From NCBI GenBank assembly GCA_030704615.1, contig CM060733.1, positions 3,100,001 through 3,164,000 of the forward strand: 64,000 nt of DNA, written 5' to 3'. A model generated the notes under the pieces. That model worked only from the letters and a program-made list of their open reading frames with translations. It did no database searches and was not told where the DNA came from. This stretch comes from Takakia lepidozioides. Its lineage: Eukaryota > Plantae > Bryophyta. Positions 25,628-39,387 of the stretch are shown one piece after another. The translations under genes were made by a program, and so were the position numbers. Each line of letters opens with the position of its first letter. Within the stretch, counting starts at the first letter, position 1.

Positions 25628-28330
25628 TGTCAAGTTAAATAAACACAGTGTGAAACTAACTAGAATAAATCTAGTTATTTGTATTTAACACTTGGAATTA
25701 GTTCAAGTGTTAAGTCAGGTGTCAAGTTTAGCTTGACACCTGAACCATCTTATCTTCACGAGCTCGTCAGTCGTGCGGCTCATCTCTCTCGAGTTGAGCC
25801 TGCACGACCGAGCTCCCTCGCTGCTTAGCATCTGAGTGTACTTATGGAGGGAGAGTAGGATGTTGTGGGGTGGAGTCCCCATAGCTTGGGGTGCCCCTGG
25901 CTTGACTCTTATTTTAACGAGTGATTATATTGTACTTCGTGTTTTGTGTAAACAGACAGTGTGAGTTTAGTTTTTATATCACTCGAGAGAGATGCTAGCT
26001 TGCATATGTGAGTGCCAATGTGAGTTTAGTTTTAGCACTTGTGGTTTTTATTTTGAAAGTGAGAGAAGAAAATTATGGTCTCTAGATTATGTCTGTGACA
26101 AGGTTCGAGACAGAGAAATGATTATCTGTCTGCAAGGTAATCTTTAGTTAGAAAGACATTGTCAAGTTCGGCGCTGGAGCAATGGTTAGAAAGCGCAATA
26201 AGGCTGAATCTATGGGCTTTATCATTGCCGCTGGCATCATGACCTGAAGCCAAGCAAAAGACATCATAGGCTGACTTAGGCTGCTCGCAGCCAAACAGAG
26301 GAGTTAGGGAGAGTTGACGATGGCATCGTTTGGTCTATCACTCTTACTTGCGTTCATTTTCCATCGGGCTTGATCCACGCAGCGAGCGGGAGTGTGTTGG
26401 GCTACTTAGGGCTGGTTGCAAGAATGGAAGGAGGTAGATTTCACGATTTTATGAACAAGGTGAATCACGCCAGATCAAAGAAGCCTGCACTTCTTACATT
26501 TCGCAAGTCAATGGGCAAATATCTAGCTTTAATATTGCTAGACATCTCTACCATGTGTAACCTTGTGCTGCCGTCCCAATGAATACCATCAACTAGTTCT
26601 GAAGTTTTCGTTCTGGAGTGTCCAAATATGGTTGGGCAACATATGCCATAGAGCCATTGCAGAGAATCTTGGACAGGGGTCAGTGAATGAACTTCTAGAA
26701 GTTGACAATATTAAAATCCTTATAGAGCGATCAGCTCATGAGAGGCAAAAGGCTGAAGCTGCAACGTCGTTGTTAGAATCTGAAGCCTAGCATGTTTATG
26801 TGCACAAGGAAAGGAGCCTGGTCAGCCAGTAGTTAGCCTCCTAGTGGCATGGGCGATGAAGTGATCTTGCAACAGGGGATAGCGGTTGCTACAACTTGGT
26901 GAGACAGTGCAGGCAAAAAGAGCAGTCGGGTGGCGTTGAAGCAGCCACATAATACAGTCGTAAAGCTTGCATGGTAGCCAGAGCATAGCACACCCGAGTT
27001 ACAAGGGGCTGAATGGAGGCTTGGTCAGACTCTTAGGCTCTGTGCAGCCACAAACATGTCACAAGTTGAACTCAAGAGTGCTAGGACAGGGAGGATAGGG
27101 CGGAGTAGTACCAGTACTGGCAAGCAACTTGCAGCAAGGCCCATTCGACGGCTCACTTCTGCCCTAGCTGCACTGGGAGCTATGTGTGTGGCAATGGTGT
27201 TGGAAGGATCAGACATTGTCCGGGCGGGCTGCTGAAGTGTTCAGTAAGCACCATTTAGTTCGTTAGTTTGCCCGTTTTTCCCATACTGCTATGGTATACG
27301 TGAAGAGTGGTTATCTGATCAGGCTCCAGAGGTGTTGGTGAGTCGTTTGGTTTTGTGAAGAGGCTGGTTTTGTGAAGACACAAAATGCCGACTCAAGCTG
27401 GAATGGCCAGTATCGGCCAGCCAAGGTGGAGGCCGTCCTAAGGTGCGTTAGAAGACGCCAGTGAGCGTGAAGAACGTCATGCTAGATTTTCTAGCAAGTG
27501 CGTAAGCTGTTGTCCAACAAGGAAAAGTTGATCAGCAGCAGAAGCATGAGATGCGACATGTGTGACCGGAGATAGATGTGCACAAGGAAGGATCAGCCGC
27601 GTAGCCTGCTCTGCGATCATGTCTTGCATCAGGTCTAGGCGACAGTGGCGGCATTAATGTTTGTGAGACGGGGTTGGCTGCCATTAATTGTGGCAGACTA
27701 CTTTATTGTGCATATATGTGTGGTGTGGTTTGGACAACGATGCAGTTGTGTAGCGATACGTATGCCCTGCCATTTCGCAGCTTCTTGATTGCCTTGCTGA
27801 CGTTGGTTGTAGTAAAGAGGGAGAAGTGTAGGGGTTTAGAGGTTATGGGAGAGGGAGTTTGGTTTGGGGAATGATACAAAGATTGGGCATACTCATGCCA
27901 GCCGTGAATGTCAGTGATCGCAGGTGGGTCTCTGTGAGGTTTAAGGAGGGACCAAAAGGAACGAGGAGAAGATCTGACTTTTGCAAAAAAGAAGATTGGA
28001 GCTTGAGAATGAAGGCTCTCTTTTTGGATCTAATGAGGGACTTACAGTGCTTGAGAGCAAGGTTTTTGGACTGTGTAGAGGAATGGATATCTATTCAAGT
28101 AGAGATTTGATGTGACATCTAGCACTTTGCATTCTTTGTCATAGAAAGGTGCATATCTACGGGTGGAGAGGGGTGAGGAGGTAGATGGGAGAGTGACTGG
28201 GAAGGAACGCAGTGCTGCATCCCATAGAGCGTGTGTTAGGTGGGTAGCCTTGTCATCAGTAGATGGTCGAGCAAAGATGGAGGGGAGGATTGAAGCTAGG
28301 TAGGTTTCATAATCAGCTCATTTACATAGT
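25628..28330 (+). mobile_element. Degenerate Ty1/Copia-like LTR retrotransposon remnant; putative LTR 25628-26100
   Basis: Segment bounded by TGTCA (25628) and TGACA (26100). Downstream are traces of gag (PNEYHQLV), protease (WSDS) and integrase-like sequence. It interrupts the RTE LINE. The right boundary is approximate. Confidence 0.5.
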
Positions 28331-29130
28331 TCTAAATGAGAGAAAAACAGATTAAATTCCTCCCAACACTCAGCCCTCAGCCGGTAGAATCCTCGCTCCT
28401 GTACCTGCTATCGAAGGAGACCAAATTATCGCTGATAAATCCTCAAGTACTTCCCAAAAAAGGGCTGCAGGGTGGTGACTGTAAAAGAAGGACACCAAGC
28501 TGCATACAATGCCTGTATTTTTTCCTTTGACTATAATGGAGTAGAGGCAAGTAGCGACAAAAGAACTGCCCAGTAGTGATGTGCTTCTGTTCCTTGCTGT
28601 AAGCGCCTGCAGCGAACAATGACAGCCAAAAATTCCAAAGAGTTAACTTGCAAAATTCAACACAAAAACTTAGGGATGACTCGTTTAAGAGGGTAATAGG
28701 CTGAAACATGTTGACGAAGAAGGTTCCCTCGCAGACATTGTTCGTGAGCCGGGAACTACGTTACAAGGGTGCTGACAAATACATGAACCTGGGCAATCCA
28801 TGTATCATCATGGTCCTTGAACGGCGACAAGGCAAGTCCTTTGTGTTCATTTCCTGGTCTGTAGTCATTGTTGGACTAGCATGTCAGGCTAATTATCTGA
28901 AAAGATAGCAGAGTGGGCCGGGAGTCTTGGAAATAAGGAAATTAGAAATACGTTCAAGGGGGGGTAAGACAGGCTCAAGCTCAGCAGTCGTATACTCTCC
29001 AGCTGAGCTACAACTTCCTCAGCAGTGATTCTTGGATACCTACAACTCAGGAGTGGCGTTAGAAGCGTCCCAGAACGAGGGGCTGTATCACCAAATCTAC
29101 AATGACGTGTACAAGAAACTAGAATAACCA
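28330..29130 (-). mobile_element. Degenerate LINE fragment, probably the upstream part of the RTE element split by the Copia insertion
   Basis: QRKKYRH..PFF and PAHSAI traces resemble the endonuclease-RT linker of RTE elements; same strand as 23561-25627. Confidence 0.35.
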
Positions 29131-30966
29131 CCAGTTAGTTTTCTATAGGGAAGCAACCATGATTGTGGAATCGGAACCGAAGGTTCCTTCACAAATGCAA
29201 GAACCACCCAACACTGGTTGCAACACACCTAGCAGCCGAAACCCTCTCATTGCATAAGAACAGTGAAATGAATAAAGCTCGTTTCTGGGGAGCTTTGCAA
29301 TGGGTGGATAGATACCAAAGACTTAAGGAGCTGAAAGATGTGGATCACAAGCCAGAAAAAATAGGTTGATGTGAGGCAAGTAGAAAAAGGGGAAAACGAT
29401 GGATAAAGCAATCAGCTTGAAGCCAATTGTGGTGGTGTTCTGTATTGTTGTCAATTCTAGAGATGAAGAATGGGGTTTCATTAACAGATGAAGACCGCAT
29501 GCAGCCATGGCTGGAGACGTTGCGTGACTTATGAATTGACCATACTATTAGAGATCAATATTGAGTTGTTCTGGCATGCTATGCATTGCCAGCATACAAT
29601 GTCATACATTGCCAACATACAATGCTCTGCATTGTACAGAGACCTTCTTCAAATCACAGATTATGAATTCTTGGGAGAAGAAAAGAGATAATTGTTGATG
29701 GAGTTAATCATCCGCATTGTAATATACCGCGAATGCACACATGGCTACGTGTATGTCAGTGCACCCCCGAAACTAGCAGCTTAGTACTCCAACAATTTCA
29801 GATGCATAGAAAGGTATCCCAAATTGAACTTTGCAAGCCATAATCGCAGAGAAACCTTTCTACTCTGACAAATACCACGTGCTATGTATCTGCAAGTGAA
29901 CTCGGACACAACTGGATATTGAAAGAGCGTGTTGGCTTGTCCATTTTGACATACCAGACTGGTCCTAGTATGCCTAATGGACCTCTAAAGCCAAGCTGGT
30001 AGGCCCAGTGTAGATCCACAGTGGCATGGGTAGGGTACATGGCTGGTATGAGTATTGCCATGTGGGACATACTTGTCAAATTTTAAATGGAGATACTAGG
30101 TCTATATCAGTATACACTGAATCAGAATTGTTGCATCCATAGTGTCTCGCAAATGAAGATCAAAGTGTCATTGTTATAATCAAATAGCTAGTATATGCCC
30201 CTAGCTCTAAATCTCTACTGTACATTACAAAGTACCCCAGTGCATATTAACATGATACCCGAACAGACTTGCAGCAACGAGTCGAGCTCTGGAAAGGAGA
30301 ACCCTAACCGCCGCCAGTTAGGGTTTGGGGGGCCGCCAGGGAACTCGAGAACCTTCTGATAGGGTACTAAATGTTTACGGGAACAGAGAACAGTAGGTTA
30401 GGTTAGGAGAGACCCGGGTTGATACCTGGCGAAACCCAGATACATGGGGGTTGGTATCCTATGAGATGTGCAGGTTCCCTTGTGGTACTCTTGAATATTG
30501 AAATGGCCATTTGAACGGTTCAAATGGCCATTTCAATATTGAATTTGAATTTGAATACTAGTACCATTTTTATTTTATTATTTTCTTAATACCATATCCA
30601 AGGTCATATTTCTAGGTTGTTGACATTCAGATACCATTGCTCATATCCGGATTGATTTTTTTTTTTAAACCACTCTATGCATACCAGATTCATCTTGAAA
30701 AAATCAGGGGCTGCATTATTGGAAAACCTACCTGCCTTAAAAAAAATTCAGCACTTCATACCAGGACCCTTCTGGTATTTCCAATTCAAGATACCAGACC
30801 AACACTAGTCTATATGTCTATATGTGCAAGGGTATGGTATGTACATAATTAGGAGTATATATTATGTATGTATAAAGATATGATATGTAGATCAATATTT
30901 TTTGGTAAAATTTGCAAAGACATAGTGCTATTTTTTTTACATTGCACAAATGTGAATGAGGATAAG

Positions 30967-31504
30967 CACAAAAAAATTGTATCATTACACATATCCATGC
31001 TAGCTCGGGGTCATCAATCCTCAATATGGGTCTCAAGCGGAGTATGAAAATAGTTCATACTTAGACTGGTATGGTAGGTAGGGGGGTAGGTCCAATGTTC
31101 AAAACCCGGGGGTCCCAAGTATAGCCGTGGTATAAGCCCCAAGACACAAAAAAATTGTATCATTACACATCCATGCTAGCTTGGGGTCATTAATCCTCAA
31201 TACGGGTCTCAAGCCGAATATGAAAATAGTTCATACTTAGACTGGTAAAAAAACATATATATGTGACGCCTTCCGAAGGGAGCGTAACTTATGGTGTCAC
31301 TTCACCACAAGGGCTCCTGCCTTCCAGCTGAAAGGTGGACACCCTCATGACACACCAGACCGTGGTTTGAACCCACAACCACATCCAACGTGGTATGTGC
31401 CCATTACCACTGGGCTACATGCCGGTATGGTATGGTAGGTAGGGGGTAGGTCCAATGTTGAAAACCCGGGGGTCTAGGGTATAGCCGGGGTATAAGCCCC
31501 AAGA
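30967..31504. repeat. Tandem duplication (about 178 bp); the second copy is interrupted by a SINE
   Basis: CACAAAAAAATTGTATCATTACAC...TATAAGCCCCAAGA at 30967-31144 and 31145-31504. Confidence 0.85.
31248..31425 (-). mobile_element. tRNA-derived SINE
   Basis: The minus strand has A-box TAGCCCAGTGG and B-box GGGTTCAAACC. It is absent from the adjacent paralogous copy and flanked by a short (T)GGTA repeat. Confidence 0.75.
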
Positions 31505-32399
31505 CATATCCAACTGGTATGTTCTACAATACCCTTAGGGTTAGTTTCTATGTAAACCCGTTCCCATTACATGACATCATCCAAAAATAGGTTTGACCAT
31601 GGGTCACATCCACTCACACCCCTTTCCATGCACCACCGTGGAACGGAACCCGTCCGGTGGTTTCCACCGGCACTTTTGCACGTGTGTGACCAAAAAAGTA
31701 TGGCACGGAAATGTGTCGAGGAAGGTGACCTATTTAGCAAGTCATGGGAGGAAAAATATTGGCTAGAGTAGGTCAACCATGGAGAACGGGACCCCTACGC
31801 CCAACGCCTCACCAAAAGTGAGGGCTCCACTGCACGGGACCCGGCCAAGCCCTGCACGGGTCTCGAAGTCCATGGAAGTGCATGGAATAGGGTGCTTGGA
31901 CCCATTCTCCCTTCCTGTGACATCAACAGAACGGGAGAACGGGTCACATGGAAAGTAACCCTTACTCGTACCACTACACACATACCCAGGCGCAAAGGGG
32001 ATAAACTAGTACAACACTAGTACTTTCCTGGCTCAAGACTTGCATCTCCTTTGGGGGCAGTGGTTTTCTCTTCCTCTTAGGTTGCACTTCTATGGCTATG
32101 CTGGATGTTCCATGAATGAAAGGCTTTCATTCACATCTCTTTCATGCTTATACAAGCATTTGGGTTGAAATGACAAACCTCCGTGCAAACACAATCAGTA
32201 TTACCTTGAGTTTTTCCATTCTTTCTAGTAACAAGTAGCAAGTACCTCAGTAGGAGATTTGATCTCACAAAACAATGCTGGTGTGTTTTCATGTCAACCT
32301 TCAAGCTCATTTTATATGTGTTCTTTATTGATGCTCATGCTGGTGGCAAGGTATGTGAGCTTTACTTTCTATTTCTGGGCTGATCCATAATTTGGCACT

Positions 32400-33660
32400 T
32401 TGATACACTACTCACTCGGGAGTGGGGATCACTGGCAGGTGACTTTTGTGCATGATGTTGAAGATAGGTCCCTCTCAGTGGTCTACGGTGTGGTTCTCAT
32501 TAGCCCTGACTTTTTGAAACACACGGATATTACAAACCGTACTTTCTTAATTCGCCTCCTCTTCAACTTGAAGCGCATACTATGGATTGATGAACTTCAA
32601 GCACTTTGGAGGGGAGTTCCCGCAATTGATGCGTCAAAATCATCGGATAAGATGATTCACATCTATTATATTCTACTGCCACAATCTTTGCTCACGTATA
32701 TATATTGAGACACACCATTTACCAACTTTCTTACTTTAAGCCTCTATGACAGGCTTTCAACGATTCAATTTGCGAGGGATACTATTATGGGCCATCCATG
32801 ACTTAGCAGGATATGGAATATTTGTGGCTAGATGTAAGGTAGCTGGGTAGCATGTTTGTCCAGCTTGAGGTAAACAACTCACAAGCAGGTATTTCGGATG
32901 CACTTATATACAAGTGTGTGTACGACAACAATAGGGTGCTACTCCCTGCAAGTCATCCCTTCCACAAGACATCCACATAATTGGGCTATGTTTCTAAAAA
33001 CCATCACTCCCCTTGACGACTCTATGAAGTGAAGTGGCTTCAGTGAGCGACACAGGTAAGTTCAACTTGCATTAAGATGCTCTTTATTTTAATCCAACTA
33101 CCATACTGGAAACATCTAAGGATTTGCCATATATGCGATCCCATGCATGTCGAGAAGAACACATGTAAGGTACTCATTGAATATTATCAGGGGAATTAGA
33201 CGACACACCTTTTGTGCAAATGGATCAGAAAGAGAAGGGAGTAAGAGCTGATTTGTGGTTGAAGAACACTGCTCTTGGAACTCCAACAAAAGAATATGGC
33301 CCTTCGAAGTTTGCAATTGAGAGCGTGGAAACCTACTGCTCCATATGTATTTACTAGGGAAGAAAATTGCAATTCGTTGAGAGAATTAGTTGCTTAAGAT
33401 TGCCATTGATGTTTGCTTCTAATCCTCAAAATTGTTTTTCATGAAATAGTATGGAGCGTCAGCATCTAAAAGCCCACGATTCCCAATTTCTCATGGAACA
33501 TGACAAATTTCCCATAGCTCTCAGGCATTTATTAGCATCTGGACCTCAGCGGCCTGCGATTATGCATCTGTGCCATATTTTTTCAATGCCTAGGAGGCCG
33601 AAAAGTCCTAGATCAGGTCATCGTTCCTGATTTACGTTTGATAGACACAGCTAAAACATT
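32400..33660 (+). pseudogene. Degenerate CACTA transposase fragment
   Basis: IDELQALWRGVPAIDAS, LRGILLWAIHDLAGYG (about 32770) and HLKAHD. Weaker traces of the same family occur at about 29160-29950. Confidence 0.75.
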
Positions 33661-33949
33661 GTGTCTTTTGGGAAAAAACACAATTTTAAGTAAATCTGGA
33701 CTAAAGTTTGGTCCAGAAATAAGGAGAAATATCTGAATATGTTTTTTTAAATCATTTAAATGAATTTAAATGGATCATTTTAAATATAAATATAAAGATA
33801 TAAATAATTGTTTGTCTATTAATATATAATATGAGCAATAAAGAAACATTATGTATAAACTTCAGGAGAAAAAATAGTTTCTATTTGGCTCATAAAGCAA
33901 GTTCCACTGTTCACTCGACGTTTAGTAAGAGTTGAATGAGATACCAACA

Positions 33950-34164
33950 GTCAGTAGCTCAGTTGGTGAAGTGCACTGAGTGCCACCCAGATGATTATGG
34001 GGTCAAATCTTGCTACTGACGAGTGTGGTATGTTCCTGGGCGGTGTCCCATTCCAACACCACATGGCGGGGTTACTGTGAAAGAGGTTATACTATTAAGG
34101 GGGCCTGATTTGTGAGCTGTCGCTCCCAGGTGTTTCCAATACGTTAAAAAATAAATTAAGAAAA
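33950..34164 (+). mobile_element. tRNA-derived SINE (or tRNA pseudogene head) with A-rich tail
   Basis: GTCAGTAG (33950) pairs with CTACTGAC (34013-34020). A-box TAGCTCAGTTGG, degenerate B-box GGGTCAAATC, A-rich end at 34146-34164. Confidence 0.65.
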
Positions 34165-35642
34165 CGGATGTCGGGTGATAACTCGCTTCATGATCCGCGG
34201 CCTAATGGATGATTGGAGCACCAGTCATATTCGTAACCGCGACTGAGCTTGTGAAGGCCGTTATTATGTAACGTACAAGACAAATCAATCAAATATGTGA
34301 GCAAAACATGGCACAATGACACAATACCATGAAATGAAATGAAAGACAATGGGGAGACATTGATGATAAACAACCAGATTTTATTTCAGAACCATGTCAA
34401 TTTGAGTAAGTCTTGCCCCATGCGGCATGGACCAATACAAGTAACGTAAACCATGTCAATGAGAGTATCAACTTCTAGAAGGAGGGCTGAACTCCGTTAA
34501 CACAAGACGATGTCGGCCGACGTACTTATGATGAAAATATTTTGAGGAAAGTCATTTCCCAAAATCACGATATTTTGACAAGGTTGGAGGGACCATTTTC
34601 AAATCTGTATTCTTCCGTTGTTCCGAAGGTTTTTGTCAGCAGAAGATGGAAGAAGTCCATGAAATGCTGTCTCGAGAATCGTTGATATGGTGATGACCTC
34701 ACAAAAAATATCCTCCAATATTACACCAACCAACAATGTCTTGTGCGACCGAAGTTCAGCTGTACTTCTCGAAGAATTGGTGGTCTTGCAGAATTTCAGT
34801 GAATCGCGAAGATGATGAATTACTCGTATGCTCTTCAAAACATAATGTCCAAGTAACTCACCCTGGAGTAAGATGCTGAAAGTATCCAATTGGGGGGTAA
34901 GTATGCTGCTCGTATGCTTCTGGAGAGTGGCTCGGTGACGAGTATGTTGATGGAGAGAGTGACGTTTTCTACAAAATCTTCAAGGAAATAGTGACGGGTG
35001 ACCAGTCGAGGTTCATCTGTGACGGGCTGTGGTACTTCTGACGATTTACTGTAAAGCACTCGTAAACTGATCACCAACTAAATAATCTCCAACTGACCAA
35101 CCATCAACTAACCGATTGGAGCTGTCACAAGCAATGTCAAAAATCTTATTTACTGCTAGGTGTTTGATGCTATTGTTGTTCCTGTAGTTGAATTGTATAG
35201 TAGTCGTTTTGCCATTCCCATGCAAATAGTATCAGGTCCCTAGAGACTGTCATAGTCAGACTCCCGTATCAGCCACGGCCCACCATCATTGACCAATATA
35301 AAACCATCAACTACATGTCAGCTGAGAACTAGATCTTCGATTCATTGTATGCGACTCTAGAGAAACACCCTAGCCCACAAGTAGTTGGTCAGCAGCTTGA
35401 GATATTTCTCCGGGCTGTGATTGAATAAACTGGGGATTTCATTCTTAATTGATGGTTTCATGTAGGTGGTGTCTGATTCCGATTTCGGAATATGACAGTC
35501 TCAGTGGACCTGATGTTGTTGGAATGGGAATAGCAAAAAGACTCCTATAGAAATCAGCTACATGAACATACGCAGTATCAAACACCTTGAAGTATATATA
35601 ATTGTTGAGATTGTTTGCACATATTGTTAGCGACGGTGTTCC

Positions 35643-36300
35643 TCATTTGGCGTTCAATCCACATGAAAACGACGAGAATGTCGCTGGAGATTTCTGTCGA
35701 CTTGCTTCCCCCCTTTGTGGATCAAAATCCACATCTGCTCCTCTTGGCTCAGGAGCACGCGTTGCTGCTCGAGTGATAGCAGCTGCAGAGTCCACATGCA
35801 ATGGTCCTGCAAGTGCGACCCCACACATGAAGCCCATACCAATCTGGTCTTCCCTATGCATAGGAGGTTGTGCAGGTGGGGCTTGAACCTCAAGCCTTGG
35901 AGCTGACGCAACATGAGTAGTGGCCATGGTAGCAAGACGTTGTTCTAGCTGGGCAAGCCTATCTACCATGCCTTGGTCATGACCTTGACCTTGACCTTGT
36001 GCTCCTTGGTTTTGGTTACGACCTCCACCGGGACCTCTGCCTCATCTACCTCTCTGGACTACATTGCCTCGTCCTCGGCCACCATTGTTTCCTTGGAATT
36101 GGCCTGGCCGTAGCTCAGGATGCAAGTCATAACAATGGGCCTCTTCATGCCCATACTTGCCACAATGCCCACACTGTAGTTGTGTAGGCTGTGCCTGTGC
36201 CGGCCCTTTGCCTCTCTCCGGGCAATCTCTCTTAACATGGGGTCCTCCACAATCCCAACATGTCAATTGACCTTAGGACTCCTTAGGGCGACCCTAATGA
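35643..36300 (-). pseudogene. LTR-retrotransposon gag C-terminus with zinc knuckles
   Basis: TCWDCGGPHVKRDC and CGHCGKYGHEEAHC (CCHC) followed by an RG-rich tail. Confidence 0.75.
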
Positions 36301-37223
36301 GTCCTAAGGAAAATAAAAAAAATCAACTATTACAATAAATGTATCAACTTTGGTCATTACATTTATGAATCACATGCACTCTTTATTGTTATGTATCGAC
36401 AAAATTTGTAAGTTGTCACCATTTATTACATTTAAAACAAAATTTTGTCCTCGATAGACGTTCATACAACTATTTACTAAAATTTTGTTATCGATAAATG
36501 TTCATACATCCATTTGTAAATCATGGCCATCTATCTTTAAATAAACTTTCAGATGGTGGCCCTAAGAAGTTGTAAGAGGGAGGAAATATAAATATATAAA
36601 TTACTATAAATAGCCGTCTCTTCCCTCTCCTCCGCTGCACGTTTTTCCAACTCACTCAGTCCCATCGTCTCTTCTGCTTCCCTTTCTAGCATAGATCTTG
36701 TAAATACAGGCATGAGAAGAGGAGTACACGGCTACCTGTCCGAAGGGGCACAAAGCTGCGAATCCCACCTAGACACACAGTGGGATATGATGAAGCGATG
36801 CTTGTGCAACAGGTACACTCATTTTCCCAAGAATGCCCACAATTCCTCTTCACCCTTTAGCCAAAAAGTCACGCGCACGGTGCTGCGCATTACCTTTTCT
36901 TTCACCAACAGCATATGAGCGGATTGTCTTAGCTTCTTCAGCCTTATCGAGATCTACTGTTTCACGCCGAAAACACACCCCCAGAAAGATCAATACATCA
37001 CTCGGACAAAAAGGGAATTCAGAGTCAGATCTACCCGTGATGAGCTCTTCCCAAGTGGGATCCCGGGTAGGGGCTGGCAGAACTCAAGGCCTTAGATTAG
37101 CAAGCAGAATCGATGTCCCTCCCTTAACCAGTTCCCACAACCGTAGAGGGTTTGGCTTGTCAGGAGGCGGGAAGCTCTCAAGCTCTACACCCAATTCTCG
37201 ACTCACAGAGAATTGTGGATATC

Positions 37224-39387
37224 TCATTCATCAATGAGTGCCCCATTCTTCTTGAGCATCTGGAATATAGTTTTGTTAAATCGTTCTGTCAAACCATTAC
37301 ATTGGGGATTGTAGGGAGCAGTAACGGCATGCTTAGTGTTGAGATTAAACAAGACAATTCCATAAGTAAGTTGCAGAACTCTGTACCTTGATCCGTTAGG
37401 ATTTCCAGAGGGCAACCATGACGAAGAATCACCTTATCAAAGAAGAACTGCACCACCTCATCACTATCCTTAGCAATCAGAGGTCGGAGCTCAACCCATT
37501 TTGTCAGGTAGTCAGTAGCAACCGCAAGGTATGCATGGCCCTTGGATGTGGGGGGGGGTCCGACTAGATCTAAGCAACCCTGGCAAATGGTTCAGTCACC
37601 GGGATTGGCTGTAAAGGTAAGGGAGCTTTGGTTCTATGTAGGATGGTTTTAGCATGACATGGCACACACCTTACAATGAAAGCTGAAACATCTTTAACTA
37701 AGCCTTTCCAATGATACTGCTCCTGTAATTGCTTGACAGTTTTAGCAACCCCCAAATGGCCAGCATAAATAGAAGCATGGTACAATTCGAGCAAAGCAGG
37801 GATATTAGCGGACCTAGAAGGGACTTCCACAACAGAGGTACCTTCCAAAGCAATGACTCTGAACAATCTCCTTTCACTTTCCCGGTGGCTGGGTAAGTGA
37901 TAGTTGACTTGCCTCATGAGCAGCTTAAATATGCCACTAAGGTGGGTGCCGGTTTTGCACCTATGGAGAAGAGCATCATATAATGGATCATCCATGCCTA
38001 CATCACTCATGGCCACACAACAATAGGTTAGTGTAGGCGAGAAGAAAGTGGCAACCCCCATTCTCTTCCTTTCGTAATCCTGACTTCATTTTCAGTTGGC
38101 TGCCTATGAGGAGGCAAGCAAGCTGTAAGGCTCAGCTTAGTCCCTCGGTCAGGAAACAAACCAAGGCAGGCGCAAGACAAGATGAGCAGTTCTAAGGTAA
38201 GGGAAAGTACCAGACCCTTCTGCAAGATACCAGACTAGAATTCATGCCAATATTAGGGGAGACTCAACCAACATCAAACTGAAGAAGATCCCAAGTGTCA
38301 AGCAAATCTGGAGGAACATAAGGATAGTCCAGCAAATGACACAAGGCATAGGGCTCTGAAACAGACACAGCAGGTGATGTAGAGTGTGCAGCAGGGGAGA
38401 CTAGATCATTTAAGGTAGTGTAAGGTGCAGGGATTTTGGATTCGCCTCGAGTCAAAGCATCTGCATTAACATTATCCTTCCCACGTTTGTAGGAGATGGT
38501 AAAGTCATAGCCTTGCAGAATAGAGCCCACCGAGCTAATCTGCCAGTGAGTTCACGAGGGGTTAGCAAGGCTTTTAAAGGTGGATGATAAGTTTCAATGG
38601 TAAAATGACAGCCATGTAAATATTGCCTAAAATATTTGACTCCAAAGATGCAAGGCCTTCCTTGTTAGTGATAGAGTAATTACGCTCATGTTTATCAAGG
38701 CGTTGAGAGGCGTAGGCGATGGCATGCTCCTGAATCTGGAATCTGGCTCAACACTGCAGAGATAGCTAGATCACTGGCATCAGTTTGCAAGATAAATGGC
38801 AAGGTAAAATGAGGATAAGCAAGCACAGGAGCAGAGGTGAGGGCAATTTTGAGTTTCTCAAAGGCGGATGCTTCAGCGATACCCCATACAAAACGAGCAT
38901 CCTTGGATAACAAGCGAGTGAGTAGAGCAGCTAGTTTGGCAAATTGAAAATTGAAGCGATGATAGTAAGAACCCAAGCCCAAGAAGGCCTTAACACATGT
39001 TTTGTCCCTAGGGGCTGGATAGTTCCACACAACTTGGATCTTAGTTGGGTCAGGACGGATGCCAGCAGCAGAAAGCAGATGGCCAAGAAATTTAGCTGTT
39101 CCATACAAAAATCACACTTCTTGGCTTTAACTTTAAGCCTGGCTGCACGAAGTCCGCACACAACCCGTTGCAAATCCAGCAGATGAGCATCAAACGTTGT
39201 AGAATAAATGTTGATGTCATCAATGTAAACTAATGCACACTCCCAACAAAGGTTGCCTAAAACAATGTCCATAAGGCGTTGAAATGTAGCAGTGGCGTTG
39301 CAAAGACCAAAAGGCATGGTTGCAAATTGGAAGAGGCCCATCCTGTAGGTGAAGGCAGTTTTATCCTTAGCAGCAGCAGTTAAAGGA
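37224..39387 (-). pseudogene. Gypsy pol: RT C-terminal half, RNase H, integrase
   Basis: KTAFTYRMGLFQFATMPFGLCNA, LVYIDDI, FLGHLLS, FILQTDASDLAISAVLSQ, NVNADALTR, H..HLGVAKT..CVPC, PYNPQCNGLTERFNKT. Confidence 0.92.

Noticed and set aside
33950-34021. Functional tRNA gene
   Set aside because: The T-loop is degenerate, the anticodon arm is poor, and it continues into a body with an A-rich tail; a SINE fits better.
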